Source: Marine group II euryarchaeote REDSEA-S11_B3N4
Lineage (GTDB): Archaea; Thermoplasmatota; Poseidoniia; Poseidoniales; Thalassarchaeaceae
Length of the DNA: 64,000 nt
Assembly: GCA_001628485.1 (NCBI GenBank)
Contig: LURR01000006.1
Coordinates: 26,879 to 90,878 of the forward strand
Direction: 5' to 3'
The notes below the pieces were generated by a model. That model did not search any database and was not told where the DNA came from. It worked only from the letters and a program-made list of their open reading frames with translations. The translations under genes and the position numbers were made by a program. The stretch's first letter is position 1; each line of letters starts with the position of its first letter. Of this stretch, positions 1 through 8,841 are shown piece after piece.

Positions 1-115
1 GAACATCTTCTTTGTGAGCAGGTTTCGTTTTATCGGCGAGATTAGGATGCTCTTGATCATGTGACCCTCATCTCCGTCATTGTCAAGCCATGGCGCCTAC
101 CGGCCCATCAACGTG

Positions 116-1294
116 ATGCGTCACCTGAGGGTCCCAAATCGAGATGTGGAGAGCATCCTGAGTCTACTCAGAGAGAGGGAATGGCTAGCTTCTGACATGA
201 GGGTTTTCTCGAAGGACGATGCAGAATTCCGCTTGGTCCCCATTGATCCTGGATCTCCAATCGCACTCCCAGCACCCTTTGACAAATACGAGACAGAAGT
301 CCATGAGGGTCAGCCCGACAATAGAATAGATTCCGATTGGTGGAATCATCTCACGAATCTTTTGGGACCAGAGGTGATTGCGACTCATGGCGAAGCATGG
401 CCTTCTTCACATGAGTTCATTTCGGATATGATGATAGTAAGAATCGAGGACAAATTGGATAGGTTCTCTGCCCAAATCGCTGAGGCCAAACTCCTTTCCC
501 ATCCTCACATCAGACTAGTCCTAAACGACGAAGGCGTCCAGGGCGAGCTAAGGATACGCAATCTAACCCCGATTGGTGCCAGAGTCGATGGCGCGATAGT
601 TACCGAAGCAATTCCAGACTCCGTGAGCAGTACCCGGGTCCTGGTCCGAGAGTCTGGGAAATCCATCGCTTGCGATCCAAGAAAGGCGTACTTCTCGACC
701 AAACTCCAGTCCGAGAGACTCGAGACTCTTGCTCTGGCCAGAGAACTTAGAGAACTACTAGGAAGACCGTTAAGGGTCTGCGATCCATTTTGTGGAGTAG
801 GCCCTTCGCTAGCAATTCTGCTTTCGGAACCGGGCCTAGTCAGCGAGGTGCTGGCATCCGATCTGAATCCCCATGCAGTGGAGCTCCTGATGGATAACCT
901 CCGCAGATGGGACGGTAGGAGTTATCCGATGGAACCCGCTCCGATATCAAGGATTTTCGAAGACCGCATAATCGGGGTCGCTGATGCCATGCAACTACAA
1001 ACAAATCCGGAGTTTACTGGTAGGTGGGACCTGCTCATAGTAAACCTCCCACATAGAACACTCGATATTCTACACTCTCTTGTGCCCCTGCTTGACCGAG
1101 AGACTCCATCTATGGTTAGGGGCAGGGTTATTGTTCCGGAGAACGAAATTGAGCAGGCCAACCGATCCATTAGTCGAGATCTCCCTGACTCGCTGGCAGG
1201 GTCCCCAGCTCCAAATCTGAGAATAAAGAGAGATTACAGTACCAAACTAAGATTATGCTCTTTCCAGGCTTGGATTGCACCTCGGGAGGACTAG
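116..1294 (+). CDS. tRNA methyltransferase, Trm5/Tyw2 (Met-10+) family, class I SAM-dependent
   Basis: ORF 80..1294; the first in-frame ATG is at 116. SAM motif I 'VCDPFCGVGPS' and catalytic 'LLIVNLPH' (NLP motif) are typical of archaeal Trm5/Taw2-type enzymes. Confidence 0.6.
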   Translation: MRHLRVPNRDVESILSLLREREWLASDMRVFSKDDAEFRLVPIDPGSPIALPAPFDKYETEVHEGQPDNRIDSDWWNHLTNLLGPEVIATHGEAWPSSHEFISDMMIVRIEDKLDRFSAQIAEAKLLSHPHIRLVLNDEGVQGELRIRNLTPIGARVDGAIVTEAIPDSVSSTRVLVRESGKSIACDPRKAYFSTKLQSERLETLALARELRELLGRPLRVCDPFCGVGPSLAILLSEPGLVSEVLASDLNPHAVELLMDNLRRWDGRSYPMEPAPISRIFEDRIIGVADAMQLQTNPEFTGRWDLLIVNLPHRTLDILHSLVPLLDRETPSMVRGRVIVPENEIEQANRSISRDLPDSLAGSPAPNLRIKRDYSTKLRLCSFQAWIAPRED

Positions 1295-1325
1295 TTTGAA
1301 CAACATCCTAGACAAACTTTCTAGC

Positions 1326-2978
1326 ATGTCAGAAGCATTTCCTGATAAGATAGCATTTGCATTCATAAGGAAAGGAAAGAAGAACAAAACAGACAGTATC
1401 TCTTTCAGAGAACTCGATCAGAAGAGCGATAGAGCAGCCCGCTATCTATCGATTAGGGGTTTCAAGGACGGCCTAGTAACACTCGTACTAGCGCGTCCTA
1501 GTACCGATTTCGTCGTACTGATGTATGCAATGCTCAAGACGGGGGCAGTCCCTCTCCTGTTACCTCCCATCGAAATCAGGAAGCGGAAAGGAAGAGCGCA
1601 GCTAAGAAAAATTCTGAACAGAGCCAGACCGGAGGGGGTAATCGGAAGCGGGATTCTGCTCGCGATTCGCAGGATTCTCCGCCTCGGACCCAGAAAGTTG
1701 AGGACAATAAACATCCGAAATCTAAGGAAATCCTCCCTCGATTTTAGCAACGAGTCAGATTTTATCTCGAAAAAGGAAATTGACTGGACCGACATCCCGG
1801 CCCTTGTTAGGTACACAACAGGAAGCACCGGGCCACCGAAGGGAGTGATATACTCTCACGGGATGCTACATTCTCTCCTCCACACTCTCGAATCGGAGGG
1901 AATTACGTCTGATGACGTCTTCTTCGGAAGATCTGGTACGCTAATCATCCATCCTCTGATTGGAATTTCATCCGTGTCAATAATTGCTAAACCTAGAAAT
2001 GTCACAGGGCAGGAAATAGTCGAAACCATCTCTAATTGGGGGGCGACGGCAGCATTCCTGTCCCCTCCCTCGGCAATCCATCTGGCAAACTACTTGGAAA
2101 GCCACGCGGAATCACATCATCAATTACGGGCAATGCTGAAATCCCTAACACGGATTTACGTAGGAGGGGAAACGATTTCTGCTGGTTTCGTCAGTACGAT
2201 TGAAAGCCACCTATCAGAAGAGAGGCCAACCCGTGGAGGATTCCATCTTGTTTACGGGGCTACTGAGGGATTTCCCCTCTGCCATGCCAAGGCTAGCACC
2301 ATCATAGAAACTTACCCAAAAACCAAGTCTGGAATGGGTTTCTGTCTGGGAGAACCAGTGGAGGGCATTAGGATCAGGGTGCTTTCTTTCGAGGACAACA
2401 ACGAACAGTTTGACCCTTCCATTGCGTCAGAAGTCCCGGGTTCTGGACCTGGTTCCATAGGAGAAATCTCGGTCATGGGCCCAGCAGTATATTCTTCTCT
2501 TATTGGGCAGGATGAGATAGAGTTTGGAGGCCGAAAGACCACCGCTCACGACTCTCTCGACGGAACTAATTGGCATCGAACCGGGGATTTGGGATACTTA
2601 GACGAGCATGGTAGAGTTTGGATAGTCGGTAGGAAGGCTCACAGAGTTAGATCGAAAGACGGCTCCACTCTACACACCAAGCAGATAGAGGAGATCTTCA
2701 ATCATAGTCTCGGGATTAGAACTGCTTTGGTGGAGGGTCCGGATAACCATTGGCCTGTGATTCTGGTCGAAAAGGACAACGCTCCCTGGAACGAAATGGA
2801 AAAAAGGCTGAAAGAAGAGACGAAACGGGCCTGTCGTTTACTGGGCTATGATGGTGAACTCACTTTCCTCCAGTATGGAGGGGAGTTTCCGGTAGATGCA
2901 GGTCATGAAGCTAAAATAGAGAGAGAGAAATTGAGCGATTGGGCCAAGCAGAGACTGCACGGAAACCAGCCTAACTGA
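1326..2978 (+). CDS. AMP-dependent acyl-CoA/acyl-AMP ligase (adenylate-forming enzyme)
   Basis: ORF 1275..2978; the ATG at 1326 avoids overlap with the upstream stop. AMP-binding signature 'YTTGSTGPPKGVIYSH', 'YGATE', and hinge region 'TGDLGYLDEHGRVWIVGRKAHRV'. Confidence 0.75.
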   Translation: MSEAFPDKIAFAFIRKGKKNKTDSISFRELDQKSDRAARYLSIRGFKDGLVTLVLARPSTDFVVLMYAMLKTGAVPLLLPPIEIRKRKGRAQLRKILNRARPEGVIGSGILLAIRRILRLGPRKLRTINIRNLRKSSLDFSNESDFISKKEIDWTDIPALVRYTTGSTGPPKGVIYSHGMLHSLLHTLESEGITSDDVFFGRSGTLIIHPLIGISSVSIIAKPRNVTGQEIVETISNWGATAAFLSPPSAIHLANYLESHAESHHQLRAMLKSLTRIYVGGETISAGFVSTIESHLSEERPTRGGFHLVYGATEGFPLCHAKASTIIETYPKTKSGMGFCLGEPVEGIRIRVLSFEDNNEQFDPSIASEVPGSGPGSIGEISVMGPAVYSSLIGQDEIEFGGRKTTAHDSLDGTNWHRTGDLGYLDEHGRVWIVGRKAHRVRSKDGSTLHTKQIEEIFNHSLGIRTALVEGPDNHWPVILVEKDNAPWNEMEKRLKEETKRACRLLGYDGELTFLQYGGEFPVDAGHEAKIEREKLSDWAKQRLHGNQPN

Positions 2979-2986
2979 CGATTCAT

Positions 2987-3062
2987 TGGCGCCCCGACCG
3001 GGATTTGAACCCGGGTCGCAGCCTCGACAGGGCTGCATGATAGGCCACTACACCATCGGGGC
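2987..3062 (-). tRNA. tRNA-Asp (anticodon GUC), CCA encoded
   Basis: The reverse complement folds as a cloverleaf: acceptor GCCCCGA/TCGGGGC, anticodon stem CAGCC/GGCTG with loop CTGTCGA, T-arm CCGGG-TTCAAAT-CCCGG, discriminator G, then CCA. Confidence 0.85.
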
Positions 3063-3141
3063 CGGCTCTCCATCGAGATAGCCTTCCTTTTTCAAGGTTT
3101 GAGGGGGCATCATTGATGGCCTAACCGTGCACAGGCTATGC

Positions 3142-3732
3142 ATGGAAGGAGCCCCTGTGGTCATCGACGTCATAGATAATGGCGGCCAGTGGACCCACAG
3201 AGAGTGGCGCATGCTTCGATATCTGGGCGTGGATACACAAATACTCCCAAACGATGTTCCGCTATCAGAAATACGTGAATTAGACGGCTTAATTCTATCA
3301 GGAGGAGCGGCCAGAGTAGGCCTAACCGGAAAGTTAGGAAACTGTGCAGAATACCTCTCTCTAGAAGTTCCGATCCTAGGGATATGCGCTGGCCACCAAT
3401 TCATGGCTAGACACTATGGAGGGAATGCAGGTGAGGCTCCTAAGCCAGAGTTCGGTGCAGCAACCATTTCCCTAGTAGGGGATGGCGGCCCCCTGTTCCA
3501 AGGCACACCATCCCACCAAACGGTTTGGGAGAGCCATAATGATGAGGTAACCACGACTCCACCGGGTTTTACTGTGATCGCCGAAAGCGAGTCCTGCAGA
3601 GTGCAGGCCATGCAGAACGAAGAATTAGACAGATTCGGTCTCCAGTTCCATCCCGAAGTAAATGATACTGAGTTCGGGTCGAATATCTTCGAAAACTTCG
3701 TCGAGATTTGCAAATCTGCGAAATCTGCATAG
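3142..3732 (+). CDS. guaA: GMP synthase (glutamine-hydrolysing) subunit A, class I glutamine amidotransferase
   Basis: 'VVIDVIDNGGQWTHREWRMLRYLGV' N-terminus, nucleophile elbow 'ILGICAGHQFM', 'LQFHPEV'. About 195 aa, as for the split archaeal GuaAa. Confidence 0.75.
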   Translation: MEGAPVVIDVIDNGGQWTHREWRMLRYLGVDTQILPNDVPLSEIRELDGLILSGGAARVGLTGKLGNCAEYLSLEVPILGICAGHQFMARHYGGNAGEAPKPEFGAATISLVGDGGPLFQGTPSHQTVWESHNDEVTTTPPGFTVIAESESCRVQAMQNEELDRFGLQFHPEVNDTEFGSNIFENFVEICKSAKSA

Positions 3733-3774
3733 GACAGATTGAAGAAGGCCCGGCAGGTCGCCGGCTTGGTAGCA

Positions 3775-4038
3775 ATGAAGGGCGGCAAGGAGATCCTACA
3801 CAAATGCAGAAACTGCAACAGGACCGACAAGAGGCAGTATAACCCCACGGCCGAGGAGCACTGCAACCACTGCAACGCCCCCATGGACCCCCTAGAGATT
3901 CGATACAAGTGCGTTAACTGCGGACACATGTACTGGGCCGAGGCAGACTCCACTGGTAGATCCTGTCACAAGTGTGGATACCGAATCTTCGTCAAGCCAC
4001 GAAAAGATGGCATGGCCAAGGTTCTGAAAGCCGAGTGA
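3775..4038 (+). CDS. rpoP: DNA-directed RNA polymerase subunit P (Rpo12/RpoP) with an extra N-terminal zinc ribbon
   Basis: The C-terminal 45 aa 'YKCVNCGHMYWAEADSTGRSCHKCGYRIFVKPRKDGMAKVLKAE' match the RpoP pattern Y-x-C-x2-C...C-x2-C-G-Y-[RK]-I...K-x-R. The N-terminal part has a second CxxC...CxxC ('CRNCNR...CNHCNA'). Confidence 0.7.
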   Translation: MKGGKEILHKCRNCNRTDKRQYNPTAEEHCNHCNAPMDPLEIRYKCVNCGHMYWAEADSTGRSCHKCGYRIFVKPRKDGMAKVLKAE

Positions 4039-4078
4039 CAATCGCGGAGTTCAAGACCCGCCTCTCTCCCATTAGTAC

Positions 4079-5212
4079 GTGGCAAGCTGGCTTGAGACAG
4101 AGGCTCCGACTAGTTTCGATGAACTAGCAGTCCCGGCGACCGTTCGTCAGACACTCGCTTCCAGTAGCATCTCAATGGATCCGCCCCACTTACTAATCAC
4201 CGGACCAGCGGGTGTAGGTAAGACCGCATCTTGGCGTCTATTCGCCAGACAGCTTTTGGGACCCGGATGGAAATCCACGACGCACATCCTTCAAGCACGA
4301 GATTTAGTGAGGCAGAGAGGAGCAATGTCCTCTTTCGAAGAGTTTCTGCGACCCAGCGGGTCAGAGAAGGACACCTTGGCAGGAAGGACCAGTCTGGATG
4401 CTTTCGATAGAGGAATCTCTCTTTACCCAGATGAAAACATTGCTCCAGCAGGTTCGGAGACCGAAGTGCACGATGGAATGATGCCTGTCAGCCGTCTGAT
4501 AGTGATTGAAGACGCCGATTACTTGGGACATATTCGCCAAGCATATCTCAGGAGGATGATGGAGACCGTAGGTGTTGCCTCCAGATTCGTTCTCATAGCC
4601 CGTGCCCCATCCAGAATCATAGACGCACTACGATCACGTAGTCAGATGATTAGGATCCCATCTACCGACAGAGAAACAATCACCACTACTCTATTACAAA
4701 TAGCTGAGAAAAACGGATGCATACCGGCAGAAGGAGTAATAGAGGACATATCTTACATTTCCGAAGGCAATCTCAAGAAGGCTGTCTTCACACTGGAGAT
4801 GCTAGATTCGAGGGGGCTTGCTTCAGATCGCTCGGCAGTTCACAAGATGGTTCAGGCATCAACTCTTCAAGCAGGAAGGAGACTAGTAGAACTAGCTATT
4901 CGAGGCAAGGTAGTTGAGTGGAAGTGGGAAAATCAACGAGGAAGGAATAAGAAAGTCCTATCAGGAGCAATGGCAGAAGTTGACAACCTGATGAATAATC
5001 ACGGTCTAGATTCTACCGACCTCGTCTCCCAGATTCATTCAGTAATAATCGGAAGGAGACTCAGCGTCCCCCAGTCACTAAGGTATGAGATCCTGGATGC
5101 ATTGTCGGAATGCGATGTAGGACTACAGAGATCCACTTATCCTAGGATTCACTTCGAGAGATTCCTGCATCGAACTGCCATCGCGGGGAAGAAGCACGGA
5201 CTCTCGATGTAA
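4079..5212 (+). CDS. rfcS: Replication factor C small-subunit-like AAA+ clamp loader (divergent)
   Basis: GTG start. 'WLETEAPTSFDEL' (W-x-EKYRP-like), Walker A 'GPAGVGKTA', Walker B 'LIVIEDADYL', and 'RSRSQMIRIP' in place of the SRC motif. Confidence 0.65.
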   Translation: MASWLETEAPTSFDELAVPATVRQTLASSSISMDPPHLLITGPAGVGKTASWRLFARQLLGPGWKSTTHILQARDLVRQRGAMSSFEEFLRPSGSEKDTLAGRTSLDAFDRGISLYPDENIAPAGSETEVHDGMMPVSRLIVIEDADYLGHIRQAYLRRMMETVGVASRFVLIARAPSRIIDALRSRSQMIRIPSTDRETITTTLLQIAEKNGCIPAEGVIEDISYISEGNLKKAVFTLEMLDSRGLASDRSAVHKMVQASTLQAGRRLVELAIRGKVVEWKWENQRGRNKKVLSGAMAEVDNLMNNHGLDSTDLVSQIHSVIIGRRLSVPQSLRYEILDALSECDVGLQRSTYPRIHFERFLHRTAIAGKKHGLSM

Positions 5213-5215
5213 TCG

Positions 5216-5293
5216 TGGCGGGCGCGGCAGGATTCGAACCCGCGGTCCCCGGCTTAGGAGGCCGGTGCATTATCCAGGCTATGCTACACGCCC
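5216..5293 (-). tRNA. tRNA-Arg (anticodon CCU), CCA encoded
   Basis: The reverse complement is GGGCGTG..CCGGC-CTCCTAA-GCCGG..GCGGG-TTCGAAT-CCTGC-CGCGCCC-G-CCA, a canonical cloverleaf. Confidence 0.85.
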
Positions 5294-5334
5294 GTTCTTG
5301 CGAGCACGCACTCCTGAAGAAATCTGCCCCAAAA

Positions 5335-6858
5335 ATGAGCACTCTTCGTAGAGCCATCCGATGCCATGAAGCAGGGGAGGCTTCTGGGGAACACATGGCG
5401 AGCAATATGTCTGACCTGCCAAACCCCTACGGCGAAGACGACTTACCCGGCTCCTCTGAGTCCGCTCTGGAACGAAGAGTTCGAATCAGGGACTCCCAGA
5501 GAGTATTCTGGACCAAAATTGCCACTATACGGTGGAGCGGCCTCGCCAGAATATCCGTATCCTTCGCTGCTGTATTGGCTACACTAGTCCTAGCATCTGG
5601 CCGGGGAGGGGAACTAGTGTACATCGGTGTTGCACTTTTCGCATTTCAGGCCGTTCTTTTCTTCCCTGCTATGCTGGCCTCTTCCTTCGCCCAGATGTCC
5701 GCTAGAGACCGACTACAGCTGAAAATTGGACGTACTAGATCCATGGAAGCCTATCCCGGTGTTGAGAGAATCCTAAACACGCTCCAAGAGAGAACACTTA
5801 GAGAGAGAACCAGGCTGATATGTGCGTTACTTGCTGCAGGAGCGCTGAATTCTGAGGATAACTTCGAGACAGGAACAATTCTGGCGTCGATACTCTTCGG
5901 ATTGGCTGTATTCCTAGGATCTATCTCGATTATCAACACACTTCAGTTGGAACGTCGAATTCCAATGATAGACTCAGACTTCCCGTTGCTATCCATGCAC
6001 GCCCCGACTCTCCATCAAAGCACTCTAAAGAGAGCCCTTACTGATTTGGTGGTCGCACATTTAGATCCGGAAACAGCGGGGGCATGGGACGATTGGGTCC
6101 TTGGCCTAGAAAATAAGGTCAGATCAAACCAAACTCCTGAGTCTGCGGTAGAGCACCTACTCAGGGTACTACATCTGAACCACCTAGGTCTCCTTGATGA
6201 CAGCAGACTGATATCCGAGTCCAAGAGGGTCTTCAGGGTCGCCGCAATTGATGATCTAAACAATAACGAGTCAAAGTTCTGCTACAGGACACTCAGAAGA
6301 CTAATGGCACACACTAGGGCATGGCAACCAGGACTCTTCAGACTGATAGATAGGCTCGAGGATGCTGCATTGAGGGGGCACGCCTCACTTATCGAGAGCC
6401 CATGGCGACTCGATCTGGACATTCCCCCGAGATGCTCCCAGGGCCAAGGGGATCTGTTCGTGATGATTCATAACCACTCTGGGCGTGAATCTCAGATAGA
6501 GGTAGACATCATTGCTGCTGACGGAGAACCCCACCAGCAGACACTGAGATTGAATCCTCCGGTATCCAGGCAGCCTAAGAAACCTGCAAAAATAGGAGAA
6601 GAAGGAAACGATATAGTAGACGTGCTAGCAAGGCTGATTGACAACAGCCTGGTCCTATGGATAGGTCTAGCATGGCCCACCGGGTCAACAGGCTCTAAGC
6701 CAGTTCAGGTTAACATGAGGGGGCCCACAGGTGAGACCCTCTCGGCGTTCGTGGTCCAAACAACCCTATCCTCCGGATTCAATCCAGAGGGAGCCACAGA
6801 GAAGATGCTCGATGCAGCAGTTGCGGTACGCAGAATCGCTATTTCCGTTGCCGATTGA
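5335..6858 (+). CDS. Hypothetical membrane protein (about 4 predicted TM helices plus a roughly 300-aa soluble C-terminal region)
   Basis: The ORF is listed as 5215..6858, but its first 26 codons are antisense to the tRNA-Arg gene; an in-frame ATG is at 5335. Hydrophobic stretches include 'ISVSFAAVLATLVLA', 'VYIGVALFAFQAVLFFPAMLA', 'LICALLAAGAL' and 'ILASILFGLAVFLGSISII'. I recognise no family motif. Confidence 0.5.
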   Translation: MSTLRRAIRCHEAGEASGEHMASNMSDLPNPYGEDDLPGSSESALERRVRIRDSQRVFWTKIATIRWSGLARISVSFAAVLATLVLASGRGGELVYIGVALFAFQAVLFFPAMLASSFAQMSARDRLQLKIGRTRSMEAYPGVERILNTLQERTLRERTRLICALLAAGALNSEDNFETGTILASILFGLAVFLGSISIINTLQLERRIPMIDSDFPLLSMHAPTLHQSTLKRALTDLVVAHLDPETAGAWDDWVLGLENKVRSNQTPESAVEHLLRVLHLNHLGLLDDSRLISESKRVFRVAAIDDLNNNESKFCYRTLRRLMAHTRAWQPGLFRLIDRLEDAALRGHASLIESPWRLDLDIPPRCSQGQGDLFVMIHNHSGRESQIEVDIIAADGEPHQQTLRLNPPVSRQPKKPAKIGEEGNDIVDVLARLIDNSLVLWIGLAWPTGSTGSKPVQVNMRGPTGETLSAFVVQTTLSSGFNPEGATEKMLDAAVAVRRIAISVAD

Positions 6859-6924
6859 TATTGCCTCGGGAATCTCTCACAGCGTCACGTTCTTGTGACC
6901 GAGACCCCTGCGTCAGAGAGAAAG

Positions 6925-8361
6925 ATGGAGTCCAGGGAAGTTGTCATCATAGGTTCGGGCCCAGCAGCCCTGCGCGCAGCGATAGCCTGCGCTGATGGAG
7001 GAACGGTACCGCTCATGGTTGATGAGTTTGGAGTCGGCTCTGCCTCGGGCTCTCACCCAGTAGCCGGATTAGCAGCCTCAATAGATGAAATGGACTCAAA
7101 ATCCCATGAAGAGGACACTCTAACACTAGGCGGCGAAACATGCGACGAGGAGGTTGTATCCAGGACATGTAAACAGGGAGTGGAGACTTTAGCTGAACTA
7201 GAGAGATGGGGATTGGCCCTAAGGCGTAGAGAAGGAGGGCTTCCACATGCATCCGCAGCACCAGGGCACAAAACACCCAGGCTAACGGGATGCGGGGACT
7301 CAACTGTTAGGGAGGTGACGAGGGTACTCGAGGAACAGGCTATCAAGAGAGGAATCCAGAGAAACGCTGACTCGATTCCTCTTAACATAGTCTCGGACAA
7401 CTCACAGATTCGGGGGGTTGTGACTCTAGATGTCCCCACCGGAAGAATAGACGCTATTCAGACCAAGGCAGTTATCCTGGCAACGGAAGGCCACCAGGGA
7501 CTTTGGTCAAAACCCAGCGATGGACCGGGAACCGGCTCGGCACTCGCTATTTCCGCTGGAATCGATCTGAAGGGGATGGAAATCACCTCGAGGCACCCTC
7601 TAACGATTAGGGATTGTGGGATTCACATCCCTCTAGATGTTCTAGGATCTGGTGGCAGAATAAGAAGAGAGAACGGAGACGATGTAGGCCCAGAGGAAGC
7701 CCTGGAAGGAGAACCCTGTGTTCTCGATCTTAGACAGATGGACGCAGATGCAAAGGTTTGGTTCTCACAGACATCTAAGCGGATAATGGATAGGCTAGGG
7801 ATTGACATTTCAAAGGACGTGATACCTCTTTCTCCAGGAGTAGCATACACAACCGGTGGTGCACCATCCGACGCACAAGGAAGAGTTGTTTTCCAAGGTC
7901 ACACAACAGAGGGCCTTCCTGCCGAACTGTGGCACACAGGCCTGTACGCTGCTGGACGGAGTGCTCATACTGGAATGCACGGATCGAACGCGCTACCCGG
8001 GAATCTTCTACTTGACGACCTAGTATCCGGAAAAGCAGCAGGTGAACACGCATCGGAATGGGCAACAGAAATAAAATTTGGAGGAGATACTCAGATTGAA
8101 GAGGCCGTAAAGGAAGAATCAGCTAGGATCTCTTCCATAATGAGGGGAGATGGAATGGAAGTTGCCAAGTTTCACTCGAAGTTGACATCTGCAATCTCTT
8201 CCGGATCTTCTGATGACGCATCACTAGCCGAAGTAAGGGCGATAAAAGATACAGGAATCAGCCTTACTGATACCTCGTCAGTAATGAACACCGAAATGGT
8301 GGAGGCTCTGCGGTTGGTCGGCCTTGCATCAATCGCTGAAGCGATTCTTACTTCTGGGTGA
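6925..8361 (+). CDS. FAD-dependent oxidoreductase, divergent succinate dehydrogenase/fumarate reductase flavoprotein or L-aspartate oxidase family
   Basis: N-terminal dinucleotide fold 'VVIIGSGPAALRAAIA'. The C-terminal 'GLYAAGRSAHTGMHGSNALPGNLLLDDLVSGKAAG' resembles the 'HGANRLG.NSLL.LVVFG' block of SdhA/FrdA/NadB. Confidence 0.55.
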   Translation: MESREVVIIGSGPAALRAAIACADGGTVPLMVDEFGVGSASGSHPVAGLAASIDEMDSKSHEEDTLTLGGETCDEEVVSRTCKQGVETLAELERWGLALRRREGGLPHASAAPGHKTPRLTGCGDSTVREVTRVLEEQAIKRGIQRNADSIPLNIVSDNSQIRGVVTLDVPTGRIDAIQTKAVILATEGHQGLWSKPSDGPGTGSALAISAGIDLKGMEITSRHPLTIRDCGIHIPLDVLGSGGRIRRENGDDVGPEEALEGEPCVLDLRQMDADAKVWFSQTSKRIMDRLGIDISKDVIPLSPGVAYTTGGAPSDAQGRVVFQGHTTEGLPAELWHTGLYAAGRSAHTGMHGSNALPGNLLLDDLVSGKAAGEHASEWATEIKFGGDTQIEEAVKEESARISSIMRGDGMEVAKFHSKLTSAISSGSSDDASLAEVRAIKDTGISLTDTSSVMNTEMVEALRLVGLASIAEAILTSG

Positions 8362-8366
8362 GGAAT

Positions 8367-8804
8367 ATGGAAGATGATTCAAGCATCTTCACAATGATCA
8401 TCCAAGGTGAGATTCCATGCCACAAGGTATACGAGGACGACTTGATATTCGCATTTCTGGATATCAATCCCTCTAGTCCTGGCCATACGCTGGTGGTACC
8501 CAAAGAGCCAGCCCGGACTCTTGATGAACTGAGTGATGACTCTGCGCAGGCCATCGGTAGGGCCCTGCCTAGGATATCAAAGGCGATTCTGAAGGCCACT
8601 GGGGCATCTGAGTTCAACGTAATTCAGAACAATGGCCCGAATGCATTCCAGAGCGTATTCCACGTTCATTTCCACATCATCCCAAAGATGGATGATGGCA
8701 GAGGACTTTCATTCCCATTCAACCCCTCTTCGATAGATCATGAAGACGGAGCACGACTATCATCTTCGATCAGAGATTTGCTCAGTCGTCCGACCTCTCA
8801 ATAA
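8367..8804 (+). CDS. HIT (histidine triad) family nucleotide hydrolase/transferase
   Basis: Histidine triad 'HVHFHIIP', and a 'IFTMIIQGEIPCHKVYEDDLIFAFLDINPSSPGHTLVVPK' HIT fold. Confidence 0.85.
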   Translation: MEDDSSIFTMIIQGEIPCHKVYEDDLIFAFLDINPSSPGHTLVVPKEPARTLDELSDDSAQAIGRALPRISKAILKATGASEFNVIQNNGPNAFQSVFHVHFHIIPKMDDGRGLSFPFNPSSIDHEDGARLSSSIRDLLSRPTSQ

Positions 8805-8841
8805 TCAAGACCTCTCACCCCATCCGAAACCCGTGTCGGAT

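Noticed and set aside
5215-5334. The N-terminal 40 codons of the listed ORF 5215..6858 ('MAGAAGFEPAVPGLGG...').
   Set aside because: This stretch is the antisense translation of the tRNA-Arg(CCU) gene. The real start is more likely the ATG at 5335 or one downstream.
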